From Patescibacteria group bacterium (GTDB lineage: Bacteria > Patescibacteriota > Patescibacteriia > JAXHNJ01), in the NCBI GenBank assembly GCA_041649715.1, contig JBAZMP010000001.1, positions 515,153 through 579,152 of the forward strand: a stretch of DNA of 64,000 nucleotides. Direction: 5' to 3'. The position numbers and the translations under genes were made by a program. Below the pieces are notes generated by a model that worked only from the letters and a program-made list of their open reading frames with translations, had not been told where the DNA came from and ran no database searches. Of the stretch, positions 29,972 to 40,904 are shown piece after piece (within the stretch, counting starts at the first letter, position 1; each line of letters begins with the position of its first letter).

Positions 29972-31470
29972 AACCGGCGGATTTTATAAATAATGACCTG
30001 ATTTAAGGCTTTTTTGGCCAATAAAATACGCTCCCGGTTACGGGCGAACAAGGTGATTAATTTTTCCCCTTTTTCAACGTCATCGCCGATTTTTTGATGC
30101 AGGCGCATGCCCGCTAACTTGTCATTGGGGGCCCCCAAACTACGAGTTACTTCATCGATAGCTCGATTATCGATATCAGTGATCCGCCCCTTGTTATTCG
30201 CGTAAATTCTTAATTTTTGGGCGCCTAGGGTTATGGATTCCGAATCTATTTTATTTTTACCGCCCTGTGCGACTATCATTTCATTCATTTTCTGCCAGGC
30301 TTTACCGGAACATAAAAGGCGCTGGGCCATGGCTTCCCCTTCTCCCGGGCGCGCCCGGCCGCAAAGCTCAAAAAGCTGGCCAGCCAGATATAAAGATTTG
30401 TTTTCCAGATCAAGGGGTCTTTTCTCTTTCTGCTGCAAGACCCGCAAAACATCTCTTGCTTCCAGGGCCGGCCCGATGCCGTTGCCAATCGGCTCTTTCG
30501 CTTCAAGAATGGTCACTTTTAGCTTGATGCCGAATTTATCGCACAGATACTGAAATTTGGCGGCTACCTGGTGAGCGGTGTCTTGATCCTGTATCTTGGC
30601 GGAGGGACCGACGGGAATGTCAATCAAGAGGTATTTGACGCCCATGGCCACCTTTTTGGCCATGATTGAAACGATCATTTTGGACAATGGCTCAAGAGAA
30701 ATATCTTTAGTCAAACGGATGATCATGTCGTCGGCCGGGGCGATATTTGTCGCTCCGCCCCAAACCAAGCAGCCGTTATGTTTAAGCACCAAACGTTCCA
30801 CTTCTTTTAATTTAAAGGTGACGGGAGCCAGAACCTCCATCGTATCAGCCGTGCCGGCCGGTGAGGTGACGGCTCTGGAGGAAGTCTTAGGGATGAAAAG
30901 GCCGGAAGAAGCGATAATCGGGACCACTACCATCGTCGTGCGGTTGCCGGCCAGTCCGCCGACGCAGTGCTTATCCACCACCGTTTTCCCCGTAAAATCT
31001 ATTCTTTCTCCGGTATCAACCATGGCTTTGGTCAAATAAAATAATTCTTCGTCGCTGAATTCATTGGTGAAACCGGAGGCAATAAAAAAGGCCAGCTCAC
31101 AATCACTGATCCGGCCGGCCAGCAGATCCCGAATAATCGTGTACATTTCGTGATAACTCAATGATTCGCCTTTCAGCTTCTTTTTAATCGCCTTGATTGA
31201 GGTCGGGCGGTCGAATAGTTCCAAATAAATGATTTCGTTGTTCCTTATTTTTGTTTTTAGGCTGGTTTCTTTAAACAAACCGATAAATCCCGGAACTATT
31301 TTAGTTTTTGTCGTTTCAATATTAACGACTGCTTCCTTCTTTTGCCAGTTAAGCTCGGTGCGATCGCCGGCCTGCAAACCAAAAATATCGGCGTCTTTTT
31401 CATTGATCATCACCGTCATGGCTTGACCGGATTTAAAATCCATTCTTTTTGCCCTAAGAAAAAACGACAT
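29968..31470 (-). CDS. AMP phosphorylase (thymidine phosphorylase family)
   Basis: N-terminal extension plus DKHCVGGLAGN and KTSSRAVTSPAGTAD; adjacent to RuBisCO. Confidence 0.92.
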   Translation of the reverse strand: MSFFLRAKRMDFKSGQAMTVMINEKDADIFGLQAGDRTELNWQKKEAVVNIETTKTKIVPGFIGLFKETSLKTKIRNNEIIYLELFDRPTSIKAIKKKLKGESLSYHEMYTIIRDLLAGRISDCELAFFIASGFTNEFSDEELFYLTKAMVDTGERIDFTGKTVVDKHCVGGLAGNRTTMVVVPIIASSGLFIPKTSSRAVTSPAGTADTMEVLAPVTFKLKEVERLVLKHNGCLVWGGATNIAPADDMIIRLTKDISLEPLSKMIVSIMAKKVAMGVKYLLIDIPVGPSAKIQDQDTAHQVAAKFQYLCDKFGIKLKVTILEAKEPIGNGIGPALEARDVLRVLQQKEKRPLDLENKSLYLAGQLFELCGRARPGEGEAMAQRLLCSGKAWQKMNEMIVAQGGKNKIDSESITLGAQKLRIYANNKGRITDIDNRAIDEVTRSLGAPNDKLAGMRLHQKIGDDVEKGEKLITLFARNRERILLAKKALNQVIIYKIRRL

Positions 31471-31473
31471 AAG

Positions 31474-32700
31474 TTAGAAATGTTTTAACGCCGTTTCTAA
31501 TTCTTGATGAGTAAGAGAATATTTTTTCAGACTGACATCTTTTTTCACGGCTTCCAAGGCTTGCCTGACCGCCAGCACCCCCGCTCTTGCTCCTTGCGGA
31601 TGGCCGTAAATTCCCCCGCCGAAATTCAAGACAACATCTTTGCCCAGTAAGGAAATAAGCCTGGGGATCAAAGCGGGATGCAGGCCACCGGAAGCAATGG
31701 GGAGGGTCTTTTTTAAGCCATGCCAATTTGAGGTTAAAAAATTATTTATATTTAAAACCTGTTCTCGGCCCCCTTCCATCTTTCCGACAATCGTCCCCGA
31801 ATGCAACTGGTCAACGCCGGCCAAGCGAGCCAGCTTACTTAAGACTAAAATAGATAAACCATGGTGAGACTCTCGCGTGAACGCCGAGTGCATCGCCCGA
31901 TGACCATGGATTATAAGCCCTAAATTTGCCCTTCTTAGGGCAAGAACGCCGGAGAAGCCACAAGTGACTATGTCAATCATCACACACCGTCCGCCGCAGG
32001 TTTTGACGAATCTCGCCCTTTTTATCATCTCGCCGGTCTCGGCCGTGACATTAAAAGCGACCAATTTTCGGGTAGGGCTTGTTTTTTCCACTTTTTTGAC
32101 CAGGGCGAGCGTTTTTACCACTCTTTCCTTGAAAGGGTTGAATTTTTGATCGGTCAAATTTTCGTCGTCTTTGACCAAATCCGCTCCTGCGGATAATACT
32201 TCATAAGCCAGCTGAGCATGCTGGGTGGCCGACAGACCTAATTTAGGCTTCATTATTGACCCGATTAACGGGCGACCTCTGATGCCGGTCAACTTTCTGA
32301 TTTCCTCTAAACCAAAAGCCGGACCAGCGAATGATCTGACGTATTTTCCGGGTAACTCAAAATCCAACAGCTTTAGATGTTTTATTTCCTTAAGACTGTA
32401 GATATTTCCGGCGATAGAAGAGAGCAGTTGGGGTATATTTCCCGGCTCAAACAAATCCAGAGGATAGGCGACTTTGAAGATATTTTTCTTAAAATCAATA
32501 TAATAAACCTTGGCGGCCAACTGGTCAAATTTCTTTTTATTCTGTGTTTTTACTTTTGTCCAAGTACCGATTGATGACTCGGTAGCGATCGCCGCCGCCG
32601 CCTCCCTGTCACCCAGAGAAGAATCAACAAAAAACGTCACAAAAATATTATTTTTGGGGTTGAATTTTTTCCCTAAGGCTAAATAATTCAAATCGTACAT
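31474..32700 (-). CDS. rbcL: RuBisCO large subunit, form III-type
   Basis: ESSIGTW, KPKLGL, KDDE, HRAMH, HSGT..GKMEG, SGG and FGGG active-site motifs. Confidence 0.9.
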   Translation of the reverse strand: MYDLNYLALGKKFNPKNNIFVTFFVDSSLGDREAAAAIATESSIGTWTKVKTQNKKKFDQLAAKVYYIDFKKNIFKVAYPLDLFEPGNIPQLLSSIAGNIYSLKEIKHLKLLDFELPGKYVRSFAGPAFGLEEIRKLTGIRGRPLIGSIMKPKLGLSATQHAQLAYEVLSAGADLVKDDENLTDQKFNPFKERVVKTLALVKKVEKTSPTRKLVAFNVTAETGEMIKRARFVKTCGGRCVMIDIVTCGFSGVLALRRANLGLIIHGHRAMHSAFTRESHHGLSILVLSKLARLAGVDQLHSGTIVGKMEGGREQVLNINNFLTSNWHGLKKTLPIASGGLHPALIPRLISLLGKDVVLNFGGGIYGHPQGARAGVLAVRQALEAVKKDVSLKKYSLTHQELETALKHF

Positions 32701-32701
32701 A

Positions 32702-33619
32702 TTATTTTAGCAAATCCTGATAATGACTTTTAACCAAAAGTCTTATGCCACTTGGTTTTATTAAGCCAAATTCCGTGATAAAAGCGGTAATAAACTTGGC
32801 CGGAATATAATCAAAAGCATAGTTTTCCAGTTTTAGACCCCTTGGGGCTTCCGGCCAAATTTCCCGGCTGCTTCTTTTTTCCAAAGGAATACGAATATTA
32901 ACCCGGCTTTTAGGATCTATTTTTAACAGACTGGTCGCCACGTAAACCGGTATCCTTGATTCCCAGGCCGCGAGCGCCAAACCGAAACTGCCGATCTTAT
33001 TCACGGCCCAGCCGTTCAGACCCACCGCATCGGCTCCGATAATCAATTTATTGATCTTGATGTCATCGCCGGAATGATCGCTTATCAAAAAAGCAGCGGC
33101 GGAATCACATACCTGCGACACTTTTATATGATTTTTGATCAAATTTTTTGCGGTTATTCTACCTTGAAAAAGCGGCCGCGTCTCCGAATTATAAACGTGA
33201 AAATTTTTCCCGTCTTTTCTGGCTTTAACCAATATTTTTTCCACCAGCGAAGAATGGCAATGCGTGAAGATATTTTCCCGGCTTTTTATCAATAAAGACC
33301 CCCTTTTTACGATTTTGGCCTCAATTTCTTCATAAGCCTTTATTAGGCGTTCAACCTCGTTGGTTACACTTTTTCGGTCCAGTGATTTTTTTACCCCTAA
33401 CCTTTTTTCTATTATGCCAAACAGGTTAATGACCAGGGGTTCAGTCGGCCTTCGGCATAAAATGCCATTTTTAAAAAGTTTGATCGATTTGATCGTTTCC
33501 GCCGCCCGTTTTTTAAACGGCATTCCTTTTAATGTCAAAAGAGAGGTTAGAGCGATTTGGCTTGCCCCTTGGATTTTTATTTTTTTTAATTCCCTTAATG
33601 TTCTTTTCCACGTTACCAT
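32702..33619 (-). CDS. Ribose-1,5-bisphosphate isomerase (eIF2B family)
   Basis: IQGA, RPTEP, THCHS, ETRP..QG, GAD, NKIG. Confidence 0.88.
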   Translation of the reverse strand: MVTWKRTLRELKKIKIQGASQIALTSLLTLKGMPFKKRAAETIKSIKLFKNGILCRRPTEPLVINLFGIIEKRLGVKKSLDRKSVTNEVERLIKAYEEIEAKIVKRGSLLIKSRENIFTHCHSSLVEKILVKARKDGKNFHVYNSETRPLFQGRITAKNLIKNHIKVSQVCDSAAAFLISDHSGDDIKINKLIIGADAVGLNGWAVNKIGSFGLALAAWESRIPVYVATSLLKIDPKSRVNIRIPLEKRSSREIWPEAPRGLKLENYAFDYIPAKFITAFITEFGLIKPSGIRLLVKSHYQDLLK

Positions 33620-33655
33620 GGCTGTATTATATCATTTAAATATTCTTTTATAAAG

Positions 33656-34345
33656 CTATCGGCCTAATTCTCGGTATTTTTTAAACTTTGGTAAATACCT
33701 GAATAAAGCGTAAAGAAGACTGCTCGTGCCGGCGGCCATAAATATAAAAATCCAGGGACTTAAACTTTGGCCGGTCGCGCCAAAAATAACCGCAACTAAA
33801 ATATTTGGCGCGCGGCCCAAGATAGCCGCCAACACCCCCTGCCAGAGGGGTATATAAGTTAAACCCAGTATAAAACAAAGAACATCATCCGGTAAGCCAG
33901 GTATCAAAAAAAGCAGGACAAAAAACCAAAATGTTCGATGACCGATCTTCTTGTATATTCTATCCACTTTTTCCTGGCTTAATATTTTGAAGACTAGTGG
34001 CTGTCCGTATTTCCTGGCCAGTAAAATCGCAATAATTGAACCAATAGTAATACCTATAAATGAGTTAAATGATCCCCGTATTATCCCGAATATATAGCCG
34101 TTGGCCATATCGACGGCCTGACCAGGCAAAGGAGCCAAGACGACCTGAATAATTTCGTAAGTAATAATTACTAGAGAGGCCCAGGGTCCATAAGACAATA
34201 TCTTATCCCTTAAAAGTGTCTGAGAAAAAAGCAGCTGACGCCAGTAATTATCCGTAAAAACAATAATTAAAAAAACAAGACTACTAAAAATTATAGCCGT
34301 CACGACCCAAAACGCTCTCATTTTATAAACCTTGCTCTTTGCCAT
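33656..34345 (-). CDS. TVP38/VTT (DedA-family) membrane protein
   Basis: QVVLAPLPG, GYIFG, LIPGLPDD. Confidence 0.85.
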   Translation of the reverse strand: MAKSKVYKMRAFWVVTAIIFSSLVFLIIVFTDNYWRQLLFSQTLLRDKILSYGPWASLVIITYEIIQVVLAPLPGQAVDMANGYIFGIIRGSFNSFIGITIGSIIAILLARKYGQPLVFKILSQEKVDRIYKKIGHRTFWFFVLLFLIPGLPDDVLCFILGLTYIPLWQGVLAAILGRAPNILVAVIFGATGQSLSPWIFIFMAAGTSSLLYALFRYLPKFKKYRELGR

Positions 34346-34440
34346 AAAAAAAGTCAGCCGTACTATATCTGATTCAACTAAAAATCGTCTGGTATGGAAT
34401 ATATTTCGACGCTAATAAATTGTGATATTCTTCGGCAAAT

Positions 34441-34511
34441 CTGCGGGACCTGGAATCGAACCAGGATTGACGGCTCCAAAGGCCGCTGTCCTACCATTAG
34501 ACGACCCCGCA
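34441..34511 (-). tRNA. tRNA-Gln(TTG)
   Basis: Cloverleaf; anticodon arm gcggc-ctTTGga-gccgt; GGTTCGATTCC T-loop. Confidence 0.93.
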
Positions 34512-34622
34512 ACACTGAGGTAAATTTTTTATCTTTAATAATCCCGCAGATTTGCCGACAATAATTTGTAATATAATAGTGATCTAAGAAACCAAGTTTA
34601 AATCATAGGATACCACCTTTAA

Positions 34623-35546
34623 TTACACTCGTAAATAACGCCGGACGGCGATCAATGAGCTTAACACGCACATAATGATAGAAAGGACGACCAAGCTGGC
34701 AAAAATAAGGAGAAAATTTTGATTGAAGTAATCGACAATATTCAGTTCGTAACCGGCAAAGAATCGGTTAAGGAAAGGGGCAATCGTGTTGATCAGGGTG
34801 AAAATAAGGCCCAAACAGATCAAGCTGGCAATCAGCGCGTAAATAATGCTTTCAATGACAAAGGGCGCCCGGACAAAACCGTTTGAGGCTCCGACCAGCT
34901 TCATAATGCCGATTTCCTCGCGATAAGAATAAATATTGATCCTAATGGTGTTGAAAATCATAAGAATGGCAATCACGGCAAAAACAGCTGCCAGGACCAG
35001 ACCGAATTTATTTATATTATTGGTGATATTTGAAAGCTTATCGATAATACTCTGGTTATTCTCAAAATCCCTCGCTTTATCCTGGATGATGTTTTGGTAA
35101 ACCGGATCGTCTAAAACGTCGATGATTGCCGGATAATCAGAAAGCTCTTTTGATTTTATGACCAAAGCGGCGCCCAAGGGATTGGTATCCAGGGCTTCAA
35201 TCGCCTCTAAAACCACCGGATTATCCTTATTGTCCTCTTTAAATTTGGTCAAAGCCTCGTCAGGGGAAATATAAGTCACTTGAGTCACCTCCGGCATTTC
35301 CTCAAGCCTTGCCTGAAGCTCGGTCACCACGGTTTTGTCGGCCGTCGAGGAAAAATATACGCTCATATCGACTTTATCCTTGACGGAATCAAGGGTCTTA
35401 TCCGCGACCACCTTAACGGTCACGATCAATGAGATAAGAAATAAGGTCAGGATCAAAATTAAAACCGTCACTAATGACAGCCAGCGGTTCCGCCAAAAAT
35501 TCTGCCACCCTAGTTTTAAGGCCCGGTAAGAAGAAGTAAAAATCAT
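34623..35546 (-). CDS. ftsX: Cell division permease FtsX
   Basis: NTIRINI..REEIGIMKLVGA; follows ftsE. Confidence 0.92.
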   Translation of the reverse strand: MIFTSSYRALKLGWQNFWRNRWLSLVTVLILILTLFLISLIVTVKVVADKTLDSVKDKVDMSVYFSSTADKTVVTELQARLEEMPEVTQVTYISPDEALTKFKEDNKDNPVVLEAIEALDTNPLGAALVIKSKELSDYPAIIDVLDDPVYQNIIQDKARDFENNQSIIDKLSNITNNINKFGLVLAAVFAVIAILMIFNTIRINIYSYREEIGIMKLVGASNGFVRAPFVIESIIYALIASLICLGLIFTLINTIAPFLNRFFAGYELNIVDYFNQNFLLIFASLVVLSIIMCVLSSLIAVRRYLRV

Positions 35547-36226
35547 AAGATGTATTTGCCTCCTTCCTGATCGGAAATAATCACGCCCTGATCAATGGTG
35601 ATCACCCGCTTTTTTAAATAGTTGACAATCTCACGGTTATGCGTCACTAAGACCACGGTCGTGCCGAATTCGTTGATCTTCTCCAGCAGCATGATAATTT
35701 CGTGGGCGTTAATTGAATCAAGATTGCCGGTCGGCTCATCGGCCAGAAGTATTTTGGGGCGATGGACAAGCGCCCTGGCAATGGCCACCCTCTGCTGCTC
35801 GCCGCCCGAGATCTCCGTCGGAAAACGGTTTTTCTTGCCTTCAAGGCCAACGATCTTCAAAACCTGCGGCACCATTTCTTCTATCTTCTTGCTTTCTTCG
35901 CCGCAGACCTCCAGGGCGAAAGCAACATTTTCAAAAACGGTTTTTTTGTTTAAAAGCTTAAAATCCTGGAAAACCATGCCGATCTGTCTTCTTAAAATCG
36001 GAACTTCGCTTTCACTGATATCAGTGATGTCCCAATCCCCGATTATCACCTTCCCCTTGGTTGGCCTTACTTCGGCGATAATAAGCTTGATCATCGTGCT
36101 TTTTCCCGTTCCTGATTGGCCGACGATGGAAACAAATTCACCCGGATACACCTGGAAATTGATGTTCTTTACCCCCACTGCCCTATCCGGCTGATAAATT
36201 TTCGTGACATTAACAAATTTGATCAT
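35543..36226 (-). CDS. ftsE: Cell division ATPase FtsE
   Basis: [32 protein letters not shown]. Confidence 0.93.
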   Translation of the reverse strand: MIKFVNVTKIYQPDRAVGVKNINFQVYPGEFVSIVGQSGTGKSTMIKLIIAEVRPTKGKVIIGDWDITDISESEVPILRRQIGMVFQDFKLLNKKTVFENVAFALEVCGEESKKIEEMVPQVLKIVGLEGKKNRFPTEISGGEQQRVAIARALVHRPKILLADEPTGNLDSINAHEIIMLLEKINEFGTTVVLVTHNREIVNYLKKRVITIDQGVIISDQEGGKYIL

Positions 36227-36234
36227 AAAAATTC

Positions 36235-37458
36235 CTATTCGTAACGCAGGGCGTCTATCGGTTTTAACCGGCTGGCCCGGATGGCGGGCGCGACGCCAAA
36301 AATAATGCCGATCACTAAGGAAAAGCCGATCGCCACCCCGACCGAGTAAAAATTAATTATGGGCTCAAAATTGAATTTATATTTAACGATTAAACTGCCG
36401 ACTTTGGCCAGGCCGACTCCGATTACGCCGCCAAAAAGCCCCAAAATAACGGCTTCAGTCAAAAATTGGATTAAGATGGAACTATTGGAAGCACCGACCG
36501 CTTTCCGCAAACCGATCTCCTTAGTCCTCTCCGTCACGGAAACAAGCATGATATTCATGATACCGATACCGCCGACAATCAGTGATATAATGGCAAGAGT
36601 TAAAAGCATGTTCGTCATAAGGCTTAAAATCTGGTCGAACATGCTTAAGATTTCTTCTTGCGTAAAAATGGTAAATTCCTCTATTCCGTCATGGGCCGCC
36701 AGTAATTCCGTTTTTATTTTCTCCTGCACATCCTTAACTTGTTCCGCCTCGGCGACCTTTATGGCAATGCGGTGGACTTTATTAGAATTGTTAATGCTTT
36801 CCGCGACCGTATACGGAATAAGCACCATATTATCAAATTCACTTTCCTGACCAAAAGTCACGGACGCCTCGGTTTCTTTATAGGCCACTATTTCGAATTC
36901 TTCTTTGTTCAAAAGAATTTTTTTTCCGATTGGATCCTCGTTGGGAAAAAACTGGTTTTTTAAACCCGTAAATATTACGGCTTTTTTCGCTTTATTTACT
37001 ACGTCCTCGTCGGCAAACATCTGCCCGTGTGTTTGGCCAGAAGTAGATTCCCCCTGGACAGTATACTGTATCGCCGGATTAGTCCCCAAGGGTATGGCGC
37101 CCCTGGCTATTTGACCCTGGTAAGACACCTGGGCGCTGGCAAACATTAGGGGTGAAACAAACTGGACCCCGGCCGTATTTTTAATGATATCCACATCTTT
37201 GATTGTCAACGTACTTTCGCCGACCAATCCTGTCGGTACGCTCCCCTTTTCCATCTTACCAGGCAAGACAACTAAAAGATTTGAACCCAATCCCTCTACT
37301 TGCTTTGAAACCTCTTTTTTAATCGACTGGCCGACGCCGATAAGTATGATTATGACAAAGACACCGATGATGATACCCAGCATCGTCAAAAAGGCCCGGC
37401 CCTTGTTCGTCCTGATGGCCATCAGGGCTAATTTAATATTTTCCCAAAATTTTGTCAT
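36235..37458 (-). CDS. MacB-like ABC permease
   Basis: LTMLGIIIG, GGIGIMNIMLVSVTERTKEIG, PIDALRYE. Confidence 0.92.
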   Translation of the reverse strand: MTKFWENIKLALMAIRTNKGRAFLTMLGIIIGVFVIIILIGVGQSIKKEVSKQVEGLGSNLLVVLPGKMEKGSVPTGLVGESTLTIKDVDIIKNTAGVQFVSPLMFASAQVSYQGQIARGAIPLGTNPAIQYTVQGESTSGQTHGQMFADEDVVNKAKKAVIFTGLKNQFFPNEDPIGKKILLNKEEFEIVAYKETEASVTFGQESEFDNMVLIPYTVAESINNSNKVHRIAIKVAEAEQVKDVQEKIKTELLAAHDGIEEFTIFTQEEILSMFDQILSLMTNMLLTLAIISLIVGGIGIMNIMLVSVTERTKEIGLRKAVGASNSSILIQFLTEAVILGLFGGVIGVGLAKVGSLIVKYKFNFEPIINFYSVGVAIGFSLVIGIIFGVAPAIRASRLKPIDALRYE

Positions 37459-38120
37459 AGGATCTGCCCGTCTAGAATATTAATTATTTTTTGGGCATAA
37501 CCGGCGATTTTAGCGTCATGCGTTACCATCACGATCGTAACCCCTTGTTTATTTAAATAACCGAGCAACTTCAAAATTTCTTCGCCGTTTTTTGAATCAA
37601 GATTGCCGGTCGGCTCATCGGCTAAAACCACCTTGGGTTCCGTGACTAAAGCCCGGGCAATCGCCACCCGCTGGGTTTCCCCGCCGGACAATTCGTTCGA
37701 TTTATGATTCAAGCGGCTTTCCAGACCGACTTTTTTTAGGGCGGTAAGAACTTTTTCCTGTCTTTGTTTGCCGTTAAGACCAAGATAAATTAAGGGCAGC
37801 TCGACGTTTTTCGCCACCGTTGTCCTGGGCAATAAATTAAAGGTCTGAAAGACAAAGCCGATCTCGCGGCCCCGAATCTTGGCCAGCTGGCTTTGCGATT
37901 TCTTGGAAATATCCTGGTTGTCTAAAAAGTACTGGCCGGAGGTAGGCACGTCCAGACAGCCTATTATGTTCATTAAAGTGGATTTTCCCGAGCCGGAAGG
38001 GCCCATCAGGGCGATAAAATCACCCTTATTTACTTCCAGATTTATCCCCCGCAAAGCGGAAAAAATAATTTTTCCCAAGCGGTAGTTTTTACAGACTTTT
38101 TTTAAACTGATTAAACTCAT
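37455..38120 (-). CDS. ABC ATPase (LolD/MacB-type)
   Basis: [21 protein letters not shown]. Confidence 0.92.
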   Translation of the reverse strand: MSLISLKKVCKNYRLGKIIFSALRGINLEVNKGDFIALMGPSGSGKSTLMNIIGCLDVPTSGQYFLDNQDISKKSQSQLAKIRGREIGFVFQTFNLLPRTTVAKNVELPLIYLGLNGKQRQEKVLTALKKVGLESRLNHKSNELSGGETQRVAIARALVTEPKVVLADEPTGNLDSKNGEEILKLLGYLNKQGVTIVMVTHDAKIAGYAQKIINILDGQIL

Positions 38121-38122
38121 GT

Positions 38123-39709
38123 TTAAAAAACCTTCAAGCCGTACTCAATTAGATTCTTCGCGTCTGAGGCCCGTGTATAGACGGTCGGACTGTTTAAAAT
38201 CACGGCCACAAATTCCCGGCCATCGCCCGTCCTGGCTTTGGCCACGAGACAATAACCGGATTCGTTGATATAGCCGGTTTTGGCCGCGACCATCGGAACA
38301 TTAGCCAAAGTATTGGTATATAGATAGACGGGGTTATGGATCGTTCTGTTTTCGCTTTTGTTAATAATGGTATAAGTGTAATCTCCCCGGATAGAAGCGT
38401 ACCTAACTCCGGGTCTTTTCATGATATAATTGGTCAGTAAAGCGATATCGGTCGTCGTGGAAATATTTCCCACTGTTATGCCGGAAGGGTCGACAAAATG
38501 CGTGCTCATCATATCCAAAATTACGGCTTTTTTATTCATCTTTTTCACGAATTCATCACGAGTCAGGCCGGTAGAACGGGCCAGGGCGTAAGCCGCGTTA
38601 TTGGCCGACCCGGTGATCATAGCGTTAAACAAATCTCTCACCGTAATCTGGTCGCCGGGGGCAACCGCAATCGTCACTCCGGCCTCGGGCCGCGGCCAAT
38701 CAGATTCATCAATGGTCACCACTTTTTCAAAATCAGGATTTGTCTCCAAAAAAACCAAAGCGGTCATCAATTTAGTGATGGAAGCCACGTTTTGCTTGAC
38801 GTATGAATTCTTCTCATAAATAACTTTTTTATTTTCCGCGTCGTAAATCATGGCAACCGGTGCGTTCACTAACGGCGCGGCTAGACCTTGAACCTGCGGG
38901 TTTAAAGCAACGGGTGCAGCCGAGTTTACGGAAGCGGCGACGTCAGCGGCCTCAACATGGACCTTGGCGGTACCTTCCCAGGTTTCAGCGATCGCCTTGA
39001 AAGCGGTCGAAGAAAGATCAATTATGCGATTAGCCACAAAAGGACCAGTGGACTTCACCTGACAGATAACTGTCTTTTTATTGTCTAAGTTAGTCACGCG
39101 CAATCTTGTATCCAGGGGATAATCATTGGAAGCGCAACCTGAAGGATAGCGGTAAGAACGGTACCAAGAAGCATATCCCTCGTATGAATCATCGCTTTCA
39201 AAAACGGCGACTTTTGAATACGGCAGATGGGCGTAGGCCCGGACGGATTTATCGACAACATTTGTTTCGGAAAAGAGCGGCCGCCACTTAATGTTTATGC
39301 TGTCGTAAAAATATATCTTCTTGGTCTTTAAGTTATCTGAACGGTATTTCATAACAATAACCAGATCTTTGGCGAAAATCTTGATTGGATCGGTCCTGAT
39401 GTCATACTCCAAAATATCACTGACCAAATTTAGATCTTGGGGCATCGTTAACCCCTCCTGGGTCATGCTTTTCAGGCTGACGTCAGCCGGAATATCCAAG
39501 ACATAGGGGTTGATCGCTAGTTTCATCAAACCATCGGGTTTAATTATTGTGTAACCCCTGGGTATCACTTCGGCGCTTAAATGCAGGGTTATATCGGAAT
39601 CCCTTAAGTTGACTGACAAAGCAGGATAACCGCTAAAGGCGTTGACTATAACAAAAACACCAACAAATATAGGTATAATAAGCTTTAGTTTGACTTGAAA
39701 ACTCGCCAT
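38123..39709 (-). CDS. RlpA-like DPBB domain fused to S11 D-Ala-D-Ala peptidase
   Basis: GYASWY and RIIDLS (RlpA); ASITK, SAN and KTG (S11). Confidence 0.85.
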   Translation of the reverse strand: MASFQVKLKLIIPIFVGVFVIVNAFSGYPALSVNLRDSDITLHLSAEVIPRGYTIIKPDGLMKLAINPYVLDIPADVSLKSMTQEGLTMPQDLNLVSDILEYDIRTDPIKIFAKDLVIVMKYRSDNLKTKKIYFYDSINIKWRPLFSETNVVDKSVRAYAHLPYSKVAVFESDDSYEGYASWYRSYRYPSGCASNDYPLDTRLRVTNLDNKKTVICQVKSTGPFVANRIIDLSSTAFKAIAETWEGTAKVHVEAADVAASVNSAAPVALNPQVQGLAAPLVNAPVAMIYDAENKKVIYEKNSYVKQNVASITKLMTALVFLETNPDFEKVVTIDESDWPRPEAGVTIAVAPGDQITVRDLFNAMITGSANNAAYALARSTGLTRDEFVKKMNKKAVILDMMSTHFVDPSGITVGNISTTTDIALLTNYIMKRPGVRYASIRGDYTYTIINKSENRTIHNPVYLYTNTLANVPMVAAKTGYINESGYCLVAKARTGDGREFVAVILNSPTVYTRASDAKNLIEYGLKVF

Positions 39710-39733
39710 TTTTTGTTTATAATTTTGTTATCC

Positions 39734-39807
39734 GCGGGTATAGTCTAGTGGTAAGACACATCCTTCCCAAGGATGAGTGACGGGTTCGATTCCCGTTACC
39801 CGCTCCA
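39734..39807 (+). tRNA. tRNA-Gly(CCC)
   Basis: Cloverleaf, anticodon CCC, encoded 3' CCA. Confidence 0.94.
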
Positions 39808-39904
39808 AATTTGCGAGGTTAGCTCTCCCGGAGGCGGGCGGCCCGCTTTTTAAAAAAGCCTTAGTTTTAAGGTTTTTTTATTATAACACAAAATTCGTTA
39901 TTTG

Positions 39905-40683
39905 TTAAATCAGCGCGGCCCTCTCCCGGATAAAACGGTGGATTTTAAAGAAAATTTCTTCCTGGCCGGGAAAATTTGAAATGATAATGTGCTGATCAGT
40001 ATTGATATATTCAATCTTTTTATCAGGACTCTTGATTTTTCGGTATAGATAATCCGCGCTCCAGGAGTTAATATCAGTATCATTCGTGGATTGAAAAATA
40101 TAGACAGGAAGGTTTATCTCGGGCAAGATTTCCTTTGTTTCCTGAACCAGTTTATAGAACTGCCAGGCGCTATCCAAAGGAATGCGGGTATAAGACCCCT
40201 TACTCCCATTCTCAAAATAATCCCTAATATCCTGTGTCCTTTTTTTTGTCGTGAACTTTTTAAAATTTTTTATTAAAGGGATAAACCAGAATATCAGACG
40301 GCCGGGTTTGGTATAGATCGGAGTGTTTATTAAAATCAAACCATCGACTCCTCGTTCAATTTTCGTGAAAAGAAGAGCTAAATTACCGCCCATGGAAAAA
40401 CCGACAATAAATATTTTTTTTACTTTTTGCCTTAACTCATCCGCCGCCATTTTAAACGAATAGTACCAGTCAAAACGGTTAATTTTTTCGGGAACTTCGT
40501 GATAAACTTCATGACCAGACAATCTTACTCCCGCGACGGTGAAACCTTTATCGGCCAAATATTCCCCGAGCGGCCGTAAATCTTTAGGGCTGCCGGCAAA
40601 ACCATGGACTAAATTACCCCCAATTCACTACCTTTGTAAAAAAACGGCTTGGTATTTTCAAGAATATTTTCTTCCTCTTTCAT
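39905..40683 (-). pseudogene. Alpha/beta carboxylesterase with a 1-nt frameshift near the 5' end
   Basis: MKEEENIL..PFFYKGSELGVI* continues in another frame as LVHGFAGSP..GFSMGG. Confidence 0.75.
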
Positions 40684-40745
40684 GTTATTTTGATCAGCGT
40701 ATATTCTTTATATGGGGAATTTATTACGTTTTTGGATATTTAATA

Positions 40746-40818
40746 AGCCACCGGTCGGATTCGAACCGACGACCTTTGCTTTACGAAAGCACTGCTCTAC
40801 CAGCTGAGCTACGGTGGC
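40746..40818 (-). tRNA. tRNA-Thr(CGT)
   Basis: Cloverleaf; anticodon loop TT-CGT-AA; GGTTCGAATCC. Confidence 0.92.
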
Positions 40819-40904
40819 GTGAGTTAATACTAGATTATTTTCAAGATCTTGGCAATCGGGTCAAATAAAAAAATCACGCCGTCTGGCGCAAGACGATAAT
40901 AAGC

